A stretch of DNA of 63,638 nucleotides, filler included. It is 6 parts of 6 records of this genome, joined end to end, with 100 filler letters (N's around TTAATTAATTAA, not from the genome) between each part and the next. Parts side by side here need not be neighbours in the genome. Positions count along the whole stretch, not along the records: positions 33,156 to 51,728 come from DRR723986_4283; positions 51,829 to 57,759 come from DRR723986_4290; 4 more parts are not named here. One strand, written 5' to 3'. The notes below the pieces were generated by a model. It saw only the letters and a program-made list of their open reading frames with translations, ran no database searches and was not told where the DNA came from. The position numbers and the translations under genes were made by a program. Shown in pieces: positions 41,408 to 52,544 of this stretch. Each line of letters opens with the position of its first letter. Position 1 is the stretch's first letter.

Positions 41408-42937
41408 GTGTTGCCATTAAAGTTACCAGTAAACCGATTTATCACATCAATCATAGTAGCTCTTAGCGCTGCTTTTACATCATCGGGTGCCATTGCCCAA
41501 GACAGTGAAGGCTCGGCCTTCGTGCAAACCGGTGCGGCCATCATTGATGCCTTCAACACCTTCGTGTTCAGCGAAATTGTCGTGCTCGGGGTCACGATGC
41601 CGTGGATTGTGGTGTGGATGGGCATTCCCATGCTTATTCTCACGGTTTATTTCGCCTTCATCAACTTGCGCAGCTTCAAGCAAGCATCCAAAATTGTGCG
41701 CGGGCATTACCATGACGACAACGCCCCCGGCGAAGTAACGCAGTTTCAGGCCTTGTCTACTGCGCTTTCGGGCACCATTGGCCTTGGTAACATCGCAGGT
41801 GTGGCGGTTGCCATATCCATTGGTGGCCCCGGCGCTACTTTCTGGATGATCCTTATCGGGTTCTGCGCCATGTCGCTTAAATTTGCGGAATGTACGCTGG
41901 CGGTGAAATACCGCGATGTCCGCGCAGACGGCACGGTGGCGGGCGGCCCCATGTATTACCTGGAGCGCGGCCTGAAAGCGCGCGGTTGGGGCAAGGTTGG
42001 TAAAACCCTCGCCTGGACATACGCTATTCTCGCCATACCCAGCATTTTGCAAATTGCACAGGTAAACCAGTCATACGAAGCTATTGCTGCTGTCACAGGC
42101 TTTGAAGGCGAAGCTACCGCATGGGGCTTCGGTATTTTAGTTGCCCTGCTAACCGCCGTCGTTATCATTGGCGGCATCCGCTCCATCGCGGGGGTTACAG
42201 CCAAACTGGTGCCGCTTATGGCAGGCATCTATGTTATCGGGGCGCTGGTCATCATTCTTGGCCATATCACCGAAGTACCAGCTGCTTTCGTGACCATTTT
42301 CAATGGTGCCTTTAACCCAGAAGGCGTGGCGGGCGGCATTGCAGGTGTTATCATCATTGGTATGAAACGCGCCGTTTACTCCACCGAAGCGGGGCTGGGG
42401 TCTGCCTCCATGGTGCACGCGGCGGCAAAAACAAAAGAGCCTATTTCCGAGGGCATGGTCGCCCTCATGGAGCCCTTCATTGACACAGTGCTGGTTTCCA
42501 CCATGACCGCCCTAGTAATTGTTATTACTGGTAACTATGTGATCGGCCAAGAAGTGCAAGGCATCTCCATGACATCCGCCGCCTTCGGTAGCGTTATCAG
42601 TTGGTTCCCTTATGTTCTCGCTGTCGCCGCCTTTATGTTTGGCTTTTCCACCATCATCAGCTGGGGCTATTATTCCAGCAAAGTGTGGGAGTTTGTCTGG
42701 GGTGGCAGCAGCCGGTCCATGAATATATTCAAGGTTACATACTGCGTGCTTTTGGTCCCAGGTGCGGTTTTCAACGTGCAAACCGTATATGACTTGATGG
42801 ACAGCATGTTCTTCCTGATGGCAATCCCCAACATTATTGGCATTTACCTGATGGCACCTGAATTGAAGCGCGACTTGCAAAGCTATTTAGCGCGGATTAA
42901 GTCTGGCGAAATCAAAGAAACCCATCAACGCGGCTAA
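41408..42937 (+). CDS. Alanine/glycine:cation symporter (AGCS family)
   Basis: FQAL.TALSGTIGLGNIAGVA, GGPGATFWM, GGPMYY, EAGLGS and EPFIDT motifs. Confidence 0.93.
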   Translation: MLPLKLPVNRFITSIIVALSAAFTSSGAIAQDSEGSAFVQTGAAIIDAFNTFVFSEIVVLGVTMPWIVVWMGIPMLILTVYFAFINLRSFKQASKIVRGHYHDDNAPGEVTQFQALSTALSGTIGLGNIAGVAVAISIGGPGATFWMILIGFCAMSLKFAECTLAVKYRDVRADGTVAGGPMYYLERGLKARGWGKVGKTLAWTYAILAIPSILQIAQVNQSYEAIAAVTGFEGEATAWGFGILVALLTAVVIIGGIRSIAGVTAKLVPLMAGIYVIGALVIILGHITEVPAAFVTIFNGAFNPEGVAGGIAGVIIIGMKRAVYSTEAGLGSASMVHAAAKTKEPISEGMVALMEPFIDTVLVSTMTALVIVITGNYVIGQEVQGISMTSAAFGSVISWFPYVLAVAAFMFGFSTIISWGYYSSKVWEFVWGGSSRSMNIFKVTYCVLLVPGAVFNVQTVYDLMDSMFFLMAIPNIIGIYLMAPELKRDLQSYLARIKSGEIKETHQRG

Positions 42938-42958
42938 CCACTGACCAAGGACACTTTC

Positions 42959-43429
42959 ATGAAATATTTTGCTATCATCATTGCTTTCATAGTAACCAAC
43001 TTTAGCGTTTCAGCTGACGACAAGGCAGATATCTCAAGCGTTCTTGACCAACTGCATGCTAACGCCGCAACAGCAAGCTGGGATGCCTACTTCAGCCTTT
43101 ATACCGATGACGCCATTTTTCTAGGCACCGACGCTGGTGAGCGTTGGGAAAAGCCCACCTTCCAGTCATACGCATCAAAAACAAGTGGCTGGGTTTACCG
43201 CATGACAGAACGCAACATCGACCTAACACCAGACGGCGACCATGCTTGGTTCGACGAATTATTGATCAGCAAAAACTATGGCACCAGCCGGGGTACAGGT
43301 GTGCTAATTCGCACAGATGCAGGCTGGAAAATAGCCCAGTATCATCTGGTATTTCCTATACCGAATGATCTTGCAGCTGGAATTACGCAACAAATTAAAA
43401 CATTTGAAGCGCGGCAAAAGCTAAACTAA
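42959..43429 (+). CDS. Secreted SnoaL/NTF2-like protein
   Basis: Signal peptide; FLGTDAGERW, AWFDE.L, RGTGVL and WKIAQYHL motifs. Confidence 0.8.
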   Translation: MKYFAIIIAFIVTNFSVSADDKADISSVLDQLHANAATASWDAYFSLYTDDAIFLGTDAGERWEKPTFQSYASKTSGWVYRMTERNIDLTPDGDHAWFDELLISKNYGTSRGTGVLIRTDAGWKIAQYHLVFPIPNDLAAGITQQIKTFEARQKLN

Positions 43430-43453
43430 GGCAACGCGAATAATCTTATCTAG

Positions 43454-44251
43454 CTAGCCAATTTTTTCGGCCATTTTGAATAGCTTGTTGGGAAAAAAGC
43501 GCTTTATCAAAAGCGCTTTCATTTCAATGCCTTCACCAACGGGAATTTCATATTTCCCTTTCTTGAAGCCTTGCATAATAACCTTCGCGCATTTGGTCAC
43601 GTCCATGCCAGCGGCAATGTTTTTATCCATTTCGCCAAAAACGGACCCGTCGCCGTTCAGCGCATTTTCAGACACCGCTGTACGAATAAAGCCGGGCGTG
43701 ATTGTGGTTACCTTGATGCCGTGGCGGGCAACTTCGGTGCGCAAGGCATCAAAAAAGCCCATCATGGCGTGTTTGGCAGCACAGTAACCGGTTCGTTTTG
43801 ACGCACCAATTTTACCGGCAACCGACGCCGTAACGGCCATATGCCCTGAGCCTTGCTCAAGCATAATCGGCAACACTTGCTTGGTGAGGGCAATTTGACC
43901 AAACACATCCACATCAAAAAGCTTTCTGTATGTTGCCATTTCTGTATCGACACACAATGACCGCTGCGATATGCCCGCATTATTCATGAGCATGTCTATG
44001 CTGCCCCATTTTTTATGCGCTTCAGACACCTTGCTGGGCATAGATGCTTCATCGGTCACATCCAATGTCAAAACGAAAACATTTTCTGCCTTTGCACCGC
44101 TTGTAACACAGGCGGCTTTTACCCGCTCCAGCTCAGCCTCGCGCCTAGCTGACAAAATCAACTTTGCGCCATCAGCGGCCATTTCTACGGCTAGCGCCTC
44201 TCCAATGCCGGAAGATGCCCCGGTAATCCAAACAACTTTTTCCTGAAACAT
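43454..44251 (-). CDS. Short-chain dehydrogenase/reductase
   Basis: TGASSGIG, NNAG and YCAAK motifs. Confidence 0.92.
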   Translation of the reverse strand: MFQEKVVWITGASSGIGEALAVEMAADGAKLILSARREAELERVKAACVTSGAKAENVFVLTLDVTDEASMPSKVSEAHKKWGSIDMLMNNAGISQRSLCVDTEMATYRKLFDVDVFGQIALTKQVLPIMLEQGSGHMAVTASVAGKIGASKRTGYCAAKHAMMGFFDALRTEVARHGIKVTTITPGFIRTAVSENALNGDGSVFGEMDKNIAAGMDVTKCAKVIMQGFKKGKYEIPVGEGIEMKALLIKRFFPNKLFKMAEKIG

Positions 44252-44388
44252 CTGCACTCTCCCCTAATAAAATATCGACAAACCTGTGCTATTGACCTAG
44301 CACAAACACTCAGTGATTCAATGGTAACAAGTTTACGCCGGCGTTTTCGCTGCTTTGACACTTCACATTTGCCGTTTGGGGCCAATAA

Positions 44389-45204
44389 ATGACACTAAAA
44401 CCGGTTAGTATTGCAGCATTGGTTCTGTCCGCGGTTCAAAGAAGCAGTCTGCGATGGCCGCTTATCGGTATGCTCGCTATACTATATGGCATTATCTCCG
44501 GCGTAATTAATGTACCTGCCTTCAGTATTCTGGAAGCTTTCGCAGCGTCCTCTAATGCAACCGCTGGACAAGCCACCAATACAGCACCGGTTGACTATTC
44601 CCGCGAACTGGCGATTTTAAACGATGGCATGCCCACTTTGATTTGGGTTTATCTGGCAACAACAGCCCTAAGTGCGGCGCTTCTTGTGCCTTGGGCGCGA
44701 GCTATTGCACCCGGTGATTTATTGCCCGGTCAAGGCAGCGGCAAAACCCATGCACTGCGTTTCTTGCGAGCATTCAGCCACTATGTAACCGCAACCTTGC
44801 TAACGGCGGCAGCAATAATTTTAGGTGGAATGATTATTACCATGGTGGCTTCATTGCTTGGTTTTATGGCGATGCCAATCGTGTTTGCAGGTGGCCTCGG
44901 TTTTATCTGGATTTTGATAATACTAAACGCTACGGCCAATTATGCGGTTTTCTTTGAGGCTCAAGACAAGCCCATAAGCTTTGCAGATGCATGGCGAAAA
45001 TTTCGGCCAGCCTTCATCCCCCTTTCTGCCTGCCTTGCCGCCTTTTATATGATTTCAATAATTGCTGGCCTTTTATTTAGCGGGCTATTTGGACCAACAG
45101 GGTTAAACAGCCAAGTAGCTGGCATGGCCTTAAACGGTGCTTTCAGCTTCTGTGTAGGCGCCCTGCATATTGCAGCGCTCGCACACTATAATAGCGTGAA
45201 ATGA
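44389..45204 (+). CDS. Hypothetical integral membrane protein
   Basis: 271-aa ORF with about six hydrophobic segments, filling the gap between flanking genes. Confidence 0.7.
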   Translation: MTLKPVSIAALVLSAVQRSSLRWPLIGMLAILYGIISGVINVPAFSILEAFAASSNATAGQATNTAPVDYSRELAILNDGMPTLIWVYLATTALSAALLVPWARAIAPGDLLPGQGSGKTHALRFLRAFSHYVTATLLTAAAIILGGMIITMVASLLGFMAMPIVFAGGLGFIWILIILNATANYAVFFEAQDKPISFADAWRKFRPAFIPLSACLAAFYMISIIAGLLFSGLFGPTGLNSQVAGMALNGAFSFCVGALHIAALAHYNSVK

Positions 45205-45219
45205 TCAACCAGCATTAAG

Positions 45220-46035
45220 CTATTCGTCGCCGCCATGAAACCATGTAAAATTAGCCGGTTGTTTGGCCAAAAATGCTTTAACACCCTCTACCGCATCTTC
45301 GCTTTCATGGGCATCTAAAAACATTTTTTCTGATTCCGCATCATCATCCACCTGACCATCCAGAATGCGCTGGATATTATGCTTCATACCGTTGAGCGAA
45401 TATTGCGATACTGCTGCAAGCTCTTGCGCAAACTCTTCCACCGTTGTCTCCAGCGCATCGCCGTCTGTTAGCCGGTCAATCAAACCTATTTTCTCAGCCT
45501 CTTCCGCGCCCAACAGCCTGCCGGTAAACAGCATTGACTTTGCCGCAGACACACCGACCAAGTCCATCAATTGTTTGGTATCATTCAAGGGGTAAATAAT
45601 GCCAAGTTTTGCAGGTGTAATGCCAAAACGGGCATTACGCGATGCAATGCGAAAATCACAGTGAATGGCAAGGCCACACCCACCACCAACACACGGGCCG
45701 GATATCTGCGCAACAGTTGGTTTTTTTGCCCTGGCTAAATCGCGCTGCGCTGTGCGTATGGCAAGGCGGTTGTCCTCGCGGCGAACTGGGTCAGTTGCAA
45801 TGGTTTCCAGTTCTGATATGTCCGCCCCAGCGGAAAAGGATGTTGGCGTAGAAGAACACAGCACAATAACACGCACATCAGAAACGGCATCTAAAGCACT
45901 GACAGCCTTGGAAACCCTGGACCACATCGCCTGCGACATCGCGTTCTTTTTCTCGGGCCGGTTAAGGACAATGCGACCAACAGGCCCGTTTATTTGGACA
46001 AACACCGCACTTTCAGGGTCAAAAATATCAGTCAT
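45220..46035 (-). CDS. Enoyl-CoA hydratase/isomerase (crotonase) family protein
   Basis: LNRPEKKNAM, FSAGADI, CVGGG and FGITPAKLG motifs. Confidence 0.9.
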   Translation of the reverse strand: MTDIFDPESAVFVQINGPVGRIVLNRPEKKNAMSQAMWSRVSKAVSALDAVSDVRVIVLCSSTPTSFSAGADISELETIATDPVRREDNRLAIRTAQRDLARAKKPTVAQISGPCVGGGCGLAIHCDFRIASRNARFGITPAKLGIIYPLNDTKQLMDLVGVSAAKSMLFTGRLLGAEEAEKIGLIDRLTDGDALETTVEEFAQELAAVSQYSLNGMKHNIQRILDGQVDDDAESEKMFLDAHESEDAVEGVKAFLAKQPANFTWFHGGDE

Positions 46036-46050
46036 TAGGCCAAATCTTTC

Positions 46051-46743
46051 TTAAAAAAGTGAATGCTGCGGATCAATTTCCGCAGGCAGTAAACAGCTTT
46101 CATCATCTATGCGCACGCTGTTCACTCTGGTGCTAACCGAACGCCAATGGAACGCTGTTTCTGGCATCCAGTTAAAACTATCCAGAAAACCGCGCGGCAA
46201 TGGGTCTTGTGGTTGTAACCAAGCATCATATTGATCGGGTGATACCACAAGGGGCTGTCGGTGATGCAAGCGCCTCATTGGTCCCAAAGTAGCTGCAGTT
46301 ACAATGGCCATAGTCTCCAGCCAGAAATCTCCGCCAGGCCCATGCCACGTTGACCAAATGCCTGCAAAAGCGTTCAACTCACCGTCAACAGGTTCAATGA
46401 AGTAGGGCTGCTTTTTTCCGTTTTCGCTTTTCCATTCATACCAGCCATTGAAAGGTACCAAACAACGTTTGCGTTTAATGCTGGAGCGAAAAGAAGGTTT
46501 GGCTTCTATGGTTTCCAACCGGGCGTTAATAAGAGGTTTGTCACCAATTTCTTTTTTCCATTCTGGCACCAGTCCCCATTCAACTGCGACTAGCTCTTGC
46601 ATACCCTGCTCTCCAGTACGGATAATCAATACCGGTTGGCGCGGCGCAATATTATAGCGCGGTATAATGGCGGCCGTGGCTTCAACACCGAAAAGCCTGC
46701 GCACATCTTCAATCGGAGACGATAATAAATAGCGGCCACACAT
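46051..46743 (-). CDS. SOS response-associated peptidase (SRAP/YedK, abasic-site protecting)
   Basis: N-terminal MCGRY; RYNIAP, INAR.ET, G.YEW and HHR.P motifs. Confidence 0.92.
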   Translation of the reverse strand: MCGRYLLSSPIEDVRRLFGVEATAAIIPRYNIAPRQPVLIIRTGEQGMQELVAVEWGLVPEWKKEIGDKPLINARLETIEAKPSFRSSIKRKRCLVPFNGWYEWKSENGKKQPYFIEPVDGELNAFAGIWSTWHGPGGDFWLETMAIVTAATLGPMRRLHHRQPLVVSPDQYDAWLQPQDPLPRGFLDSFNWMPETAFHWRSVSTRVNSVRIDDESCLLPAEIDPQHSLF

Positions 46744-46831
46744 CCGATGTTGCTTCCTTAGCTGCTTACGATCACTATTGATCGGGAATACTGCAAACTT
46801 TGTTTCACATTAACCGATTAGAGACAAGCCT

Positions 46832-47278
46832 ATGCCGAGCAATCGAAAATTCCCAGACCGCCCAAACGTCGGCGTTGGTGCTGTTATTGTGAAAGGCAAT
46901 AAAGTCGTTCTTATTAAACGAGGGAAAGCACCCCGAAAGGGTGAATGGAGCCTGCCTGGCGGCGGCGTTGAACTGGGTGAAACAACAAGCGACGCGATTG
47001 AACGCGAAATACGTGAGGAAACCGGCTTACAAACCGACATAAAAGGCGTCATTGATACCGTTGATTATATTGAGCACGATAATAATGGCACAGTTAATTT
47101 CCACTATGTGTTGATAGACTATCTTGCGATATACCACGATGGCACTCTGTCGGCTGCTTCCGATGCTGATGAAGCACAGTGGATATCATTTGATAATGCC
47201 CTCGCCCTGCCCTTGTGGGATGAAACCAAACGCATTATACGTGCGGCCAGAGACATGGTTAAACAGAAGCAGCCTTAA
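46832..47278 (+). CDS. NUDIX hydrolase
   Basis: WSLPGGGVELGE......REIREETG Nudix box; HYVLIDY. Confidence 0.92.
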   Translation: MPSNRKFPDRPNVGVGAVIVKGNKVVLIKRGKAPRKGEWSLPGGGVELGETTSDAIEREIREETGLQTDIKGVIDTVDYIEHDNNGTVNFHYVLIDYLAIYHDGTLSAASDADEAQWISFDNALALPLWDETKRIIRAARDMVKQKQP

Positions 47279-47282
47279 CAGA

Positions 47283-47495
47283 ATGACAAAAGAACACCAG
47301 AAGCCTTCATCCCGCAGCCTTACAGGCATGGCCACTATGATTATTGGCCTAACGCTTTATGCGTTTCTAGCGGCAGCCATAGGTAATTTGATGGATGATT
47401 GGCATCTGGCTTTCCAGATGACCTATTACCTCATTGCCGGGCTTATTTGGATATATCCAGCGAAAAAGTTGCTGGAATGGATGGGCGGACAATAA
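47283..47495 (+). CDS. DUF2842-family small membrane protein
   Basis: 70 aa, two TM helices; YYLIAGLIWIYP...LL.WM pattern. Confidence 0.75.
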   Translation: MTKEHQKPSSRSLTGMATMIIGLTLYAFLAAAIGNLMDDWHLAFQMTYYLIAGLIWIYPAKKLLEWMGGQ

Positions 47496-47523
47496 TCAAA
47501 AAAACCAAAACGCCCCAGTATAT

Positions 47524-47555
47524 AAAAAAAGCCCCACCAACCGGCGAGGCTTTTT
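47524..47555. terminator. Bidirectional rho-independent terminator
   Basis: A7-GCC...GGC-T5 hairpin between convergent genes. Confidence 0.6.
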
Positions 47556-47574
47556 AATTGTTTGCTCAAGAGAA

Positions 47575-49209
47575 TTAAGCGTCCGGAAAGCTGTAATCCT
47601 TAAACTTGTCGCGCAGGTCTTTCTTCGAAATTTTACCGGTAGCGGTATGCGGAATTTCGTCCACAACCACCATGTCATTCGGCAGCCACCATTTCGCAAC
47701 TTTATCACCGAGGAAGGCGTGCATTTCTTCAAATGACACCGTCTTTCCTTCTTCAAGAATCACCAACAATAATGGTCTTTCATCCCATTTCGGGTGAGGC
47801 AAACCAATAACCGCAGCCTCAAACACAGCCGGATGTGACACCGCTGCATTCTCCAGATCAATCGAGCTGATCCACTCGCCGCCAGACTTGATAACATCTT
47901 TCGCCCGGTCAGTGATCTGCATATAGCCCTGTTGATCAATACAGGCCACGTCACCGGTATCAAACCAGTTGTCATCATCTAAAATTTTACCGCCGTCACT
48001 GCGGAAATAACTGTCAATCACCCACGGTCCGCGCACCATAACCCGGCCAGACGTCTCACCGTCACGCGGCAACATGTTGCCGTCATCGTCCTGAATGGAC
48101 ATCTCAACACCAAGAACCGAGCGGCCCTGCTTGCACTGAATATCAAGCTTTTCTTCTGCGCTCAGGTTTTCTACAGCGGCATTTTCGCTGCCCAAGCTAC
48201 CCAGCGGGCTGGTTTCTGTCATGCCCCAGGCGTGGTTCACCCGAACACCGTAATTGTTTTGGAAGGCTTCAATCATGGAGCGCGGCACAGCCGACCCACC
48301 GATGGTTACAATTTCCATTTTACCGGTGTCTTTGCCAGTGGCTTCTAGATACTTCAGCATACCAAGCCATACTGTGGGCACTGCAGCCGTTACGGTAATA
48401 CCGTGGCGCATCATCAACTCGTGAAGTACGTCAGGTTCGTGGTGGGGGCCGTTCAGAACCAGTTTCGCGCCTGACCCAGCGGCTGCGTATGGAATACCCC
48501 ACGCATTGGCATGGAACATCGGAACAACCGGCAAAATAACCGACTTTGCAGTTACGCCTAATGTGTCACCCGCAAGGGCCACAAGCGTGTGCAAAAAGTT
48601 AGACCGGTGCGAATATAGAACCCCTTTCGGGTTACCGGTAGTCCCAGACGTGTAACACAGGCCGCAGGCTGTATTCTCATCAAGCACAGGCCACGTATAA
48701 TCACCGTCTTCAGCGGCGATGAACTCTTCATAAGAAACAGCGTTCGGCAATGTAGTTTCCGGCATATGGTCCGGCCCAACCATAATAACATATTTCTCAA
48801 TTGTGTTCAGATGCTCAGCGATCTTCTCAATCAGCGGCACAAAGGTAATGTCGAGACACAAAACCCGGTCTTCCGCGTGATTGATAATGTAAATCAACTG
48901 CTCAGGGAACAAACGCGGATTAATAGTGTGGGTAACAGCGCCCATACCAGAGGCCGCAAACCATATTTCTACGTGGCGGTGTGTGTTCCAGGCCAGTGTG
49001 CCGACACGGTCACCGGTAGTAATGCCGTGCTTGCTAAATGCCTGCGCAGCCTGACGTGCGCGTTTTGCCATCCGTTCATTGTCGTAACTTATTTCGCCGC
49101 CTTCGGGCAGCATGGAGAATATTTCACGTTTAGGGTGGTTAATTTCAGCGTGAGTCAAAAATTTGGACACCAAAAGTGGCCAGTCTTGCATCTGTCCTAG
49201 CACATTCAT
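47575..49209 (-). CDS. Acyl-CoA synthetase (medium/long-chain fatty acid-CoA ligase, AlkK/DmdB-like)
   Basis: [41 protein letters not shown] and [16 protein letters not shown] motifs. Confidence 0.93.
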   Translation of the reverse strand: MNVLGQMQDWPLLVSKFLTHAEINHPKREIFSMLPEGGEISYDNERMAKRARQAAQAFSKHGITTGDRVGTLAWNTHRHVEIWFAASGMGAVTHTINPRLFPEQLIYIINHAEDRVLCLDITFVPLIEKIAEHLNTIEKYVIMVGPDHMPETTLPNAVSYEEFIAAEDGDYTWPVLDENTACGLCYTSGTTGNPKGVLYSHRSNFLHTLVALAGDTLGVTAKSVILPVVPMFHANAWGIPYAAAGSGAKLVLNGPHHEPDVLHELMMRHGITVTAAVPTVWLGMLKYLEATGKDTGKMEIVTIGGSAVPRSMIEAFQNNYGVRVNHAWGMTETSPLGSLGSENAAVENLSAEEKLDIQCKQGRSVLGVEMSIQDDDGNMLPRDGETSGRVMVRGPWVIDSYFRSDGGKILDDDNWFDTGDVACIDQQGYMQITDRAKDVIKSGGEWISSIDLENAAVSHPAVFEAAVIGLPHPKWDERPLLLVILEEGKTVSFEEMHAFLGDKVAKWWLPNDMVVVDEIPHTATGKISKKDLRDKFKDYSFPDA

Positions 49210-49373
49210 TCTCCTAGTATTTATTCCGGTATTTAATCGGGGCAATTAATTATGCGGTTGCATCAGATATACCTTGTGATCACAACTTTGCAAACAGCAA
49301 CTCGCGCGCATCATAAACTTTACGAATGGGGCAAAAAAATAGATCAAACACGCTCATCACTAAAACCAATTGA

Positions 49374-49772
49374 CTAGCCTTCAGGTTTAGCAACCTTCAA
49401 ATTCGAAACGCCGCCCGTAAGCCGGTTCAAAATAATGATTTGATCAGCACCTTCCACGCCTCGGAAGTGCAGAAAGACTTCGGCTTCAGAAGGCACTACA
49501 GAAACGAGCTCCATATTCGCAGGCCGGGCAACATCAAAGTTACCGGCTGGAATAACCTTTGAACCAGCGACAGGCGGCACCGCCGCCAACTCAGCCGGAG
49601 GCACATCGTCTTCGACCATATCACCCACACCGACGACAATTTTGTAAAGGATAAGGCCAAGCATGGCGATAATCGCCGCGCCGAGACCCCAAACAACGAT
49701 CGTCAGCCATACCGGCGTTTGAGGAATTTCATCATCATTCTGATGCGTGACATTTTCAGTGGTTCCGTTCAT
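49374..49772 (-). CDS. Hypothetical single-pass membrane protein divergent from rluD
   Basis: 132-aa ORF; one TM segment followed by a small beta-rich domain. Confidence 0.65.
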   Translation of the reverse strand: MNGTTENVTHQNDDEIPQTPVWLTIVVWGLGAAIIAMLGLILYKIVVGVGDMVEDDVPPAELAAVPPVAGSKVIPAGNFDVARPANMELVSVVPSEAEVFLHFRGVEGADQIIILNRLTGGVSNLKVAKPEG

Positions 49773-49781
49773 AACATCCTC

Positions 49782-50786
49782 ATGACAAATTCAATCGACA
49801 TTCTGGTTCCCGACAATGCCGCTGGTATGCGGTTGGACAAATTATTGTCCGACCATTTAGCTGACATGTCTCGTTCTCGTTTGCAGGCCCTTATAAAAGA
49901 AGGCTGCGTCGCCCTTATCGCGCTGACCTCTAACGAGACCACGGAGCGTACCATAGTCAGCCCATCGGTTAGCGTCAAACCCGGAGAGACCTACCGGCTT
50001 GTTATACCGGATGCAATAGAGGCTGAGCCCGCACCAGAAAATATTCCGCTTTCAATTGCTTATGAAGACGAACATCTAGTGGTGGTTAATAAACCGGCTG
50101 GCATGGTGGTACACCCCGCCCCCGGCAGTCCCAATGGCACTCTGGTAAACGCACTGCTGCATCATTGTGACGGTAGCTTAAGCGGGATTGGCGGTGTAAA
50201 AAGACCCGGCATTGTGCACCGCATAGACAAGGACACCAGCGGCTTGCTGGTTATTGCCAAGCATGACAAAGCCCACACTGGGCTGGCTGAGCAATTTGCA
50301 GCCCATTCGGTTGAACGCCGCTATCACGCCGTATGCAAGGGCCGACCAAATCCGTTGAGCGGACGTATTGAAGGTAACATTGGTCGCAATCCCCATGACC
50401 GGAAAAAAATGACGGTTGTGGAAGATGGCGGTAAACACGCAGTCACCCATTACAGAACACTGGATCACTATCAACAAGGCGGCCACGCTGTTGCCACATA
50501 CATAGAATGTCAGCTGGAAACCGGCCGTACCCATCAGGTGCGTGTCCATATGATGAACGTGGGCAACCCGCTTATTGGGGACCCGTTATATACCCGATCT
50601 TCGCTGCCATCCTACCTGAAGGGACCGGCAAGAGCAGGTATCGCAAAATTTAAACGACAAGCGCTTCACGCTAAATCACTAGGATTTGATCACCCAATTA
50701 CAAGAGAGCCCTTTAAATTTGAGTGTGATTTACCATATGATTTTACTGAGCTTCTTGAAAGTCTTGAGCCTTATAAAGTGGTATGA
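49782..50786 (+). CDS. rluD: RluA-family 23S rRNA pseudouridine synthase
   Basis: S4-like RLDK, NKPAGMVVHP, HRIDKDTSG, LETGRTHQ and RQALHA motifs; upstream of rpoH. Confidence 0.93.
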   Translation: MTNSIDILVPDNAAGMRLDKLLSDHLADMSRSRLQALIKEGCVALIALTSNETTERTIVSPSVSVKPGETYRLVIPDAIEAEPAPENIPLSIAYEDEHLVVVNKPAGMVVHPAPGSPNGTLVNALLHHCDGSLSGIGGVKRPGIVHRIDKDTSGLLVIAKHDKAHTGLAEQFAAHSVERRYHAVCKGRPNPLSGRIEGNIGRNPHDRKKMTVVEDGGKHAVTHYRTLDHYQQGGHAVATYIECQLETGRTHQVRVHMMNVGNPLIGDPLYTRSSLPSYLKGPARAGIAKFKRQALHAKSLGFDHPITREPFKFECDLPYDFTELLESLEPYKVV

Positions 50787-50863
50787 AGGAAGCACAATTG
50801 ACTAAAAGCTTATCATGAATTTGGATAAGATACGGGAATGGTTAACTGGGGTAGGAAACTTTT

Positions 50864-51728
50864 ATGTCTAATATTTCAAATCTTCCGACTTTAACACCTG
50901 AGGGAAGTTTAACTTCATATTTGCAGAATATTCGCAAGTTTCCCATGTTGGAGGCCAACGAAGAATATATGCTGGCGAAGGCTTGGACCGAGCACGAAGA
51001 CAAAGAAGCCGCTCATAAAATGGTCACCAGCCACCTGCGCCTTGTCGCCAAAATTGCCATGGGTTACCGCGGATATGGCTTACCTGTCGCTGACCTGATT
51101 TCAGAGGGTAACGTGGGTATGATGCAAGCGGTTAAGCGCTTTGATCCTGAAAAAGGCTTTCGCCTCGCCACTTATGCCATGTGGTGGATACGAGCAGCCA
51201 TTCAAGAATATATCCTGCGTAGCTGGAGCCTGGTGAAAATTGGCACCACCGCGGCGCAAAAGAAATTGTTTTTCAATTTGCGGCGCCTCAAAGGCCAAAT
51301 CGAAGCCATTGAAGAAGGCGATCTGCGCCCTGAGAATGTAACTGCGATTGCGGATAAACTGGCTGTATCCGAAGACGATGTTATCTCCATGAACCGCAGG
51401 ATGACGGCGCATGACCACTCGCTGAATGCCCCTCTTCGGGCAGACGCCGAAGGGGAATGGCAAGACTGGCTGGTGGATGAAACACCCAACCAGGAAGTAG
51501 TTGCAGCGGACAATGAAGAACGTACCATAAGACTCAATCTGCTGGAAAACGCCATGCAGGAACTAAATGAGCGCGAGCGCAATATTCTAACGGAACGCCG
51601 GTTGGCAGATCCAGCAAAAACGCTGGAAGCGTTGTCGCAGGAATATAATGTCAGCCGAGAGCGTATCCGCCAAATTGAAGTTAGGGCCTTTGAAAAGGTT
51701 CAGAAGCACATGCGCTTGGCGTCTGCCA
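50864..51728 (+). CDS. rpoH: RNA polymerase sigma-32 factor, 3' end truncated
   Basis: SHLRLVAKIA.GYRGYGL, RpoH box QKKLFFNLR and SRERIRQIE motifs. Confidence 0.96.
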
Positions 51729-51828
51729 NNNNNNNNNNNNNNNNNNNNNNNNNNNNNNNNNNNNNNNNNNNNTTAATTAATTAANNNNNNNNNNNNNNNN
51801 NNNNNNNNNNNNNNNNNNNNNNNNNNNN
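51729..51828. other. Artificial contig-joining spacer
   Basis: N44-TTAATTAATTAA-N44. Confidence 0.99.
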
Positions 51829-52492
51829 GGCCGGGGCCATGGGGCATACCCAGTTCATTCCTACCTCGTATCTGGCCTATGCCGTGGATTTCACCGGCGA
51901 TGGCAAACGCGATATCTGGTCTGACGATCCCACCGATGCCCTGGCCTCGACCGCCGCTTATTTGCAGCGCCATGGCTGGCAAAAGGGCCAGCCATGGGGC
52001 ATCGAGGTGCGCCTGCCCGCAGGGTTTGATGCCAATCTGGCCAGCCGCAAGATAAAACGCAGCCCGGCCCAATGGGCGCAAATGGGCATCACCGATATGG
52101 CGGGCCGTGCGCCGCGCAACCATGGCCCGGCCTCTATCTTGCTGCCTGCGGGGCTAAAGGGCCCGGCTTTTATGATCTTTGACAATTTCACCGTGATCAC
52201 GCGCTATAACAATTCGACCGCCTATGTGATGGGGGTTGGGCATTTGTCTGATCGTATCAAGGGCGGGGGCGAATTTGTGGCGCCATGGCCGCGGGGCTAT
52301 GCCGCGCTTAGCTATGACGAGCGGCTGGAAATGCAGCGCCGCCTGCAACAGCGCGGCTTTGCGGTGGAGAAAATCGATGGCATCATAGGGCCCAATACCG
52401 TGGCGGCCATTCGCGCCTTTCAAACCGCGGCGGGCGTGGCGCCTGATGGCTTTCCCAGCCAAGATGTGCTGAAACTGCTACGCGCGCGCTAG
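51829..52492 (+). CDS. mltB: Lytic murein transglycosylase B family with PG-binding domain, 5'-truncated
   Basis: GAMGHTQFIP.SY, DFTGDGKRDIW EF-hand, RYNNS..Y and DGIIGPNT..AIRAFQ. Confidence 0.9.
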
Positions 52493-52544
52493 GGCGGCGG
52501 GAAAACCCCCTTTTCTTTGTGGCGGTTTTCCCCTATACGCCCGC

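Noticed and set aside
46744..46831. LexA box upstream of the SRAP gene
   Set aside because: No alphaproteobacterial GTTC-N7-GTTC or GAAC-N7-GAAC motif is present.
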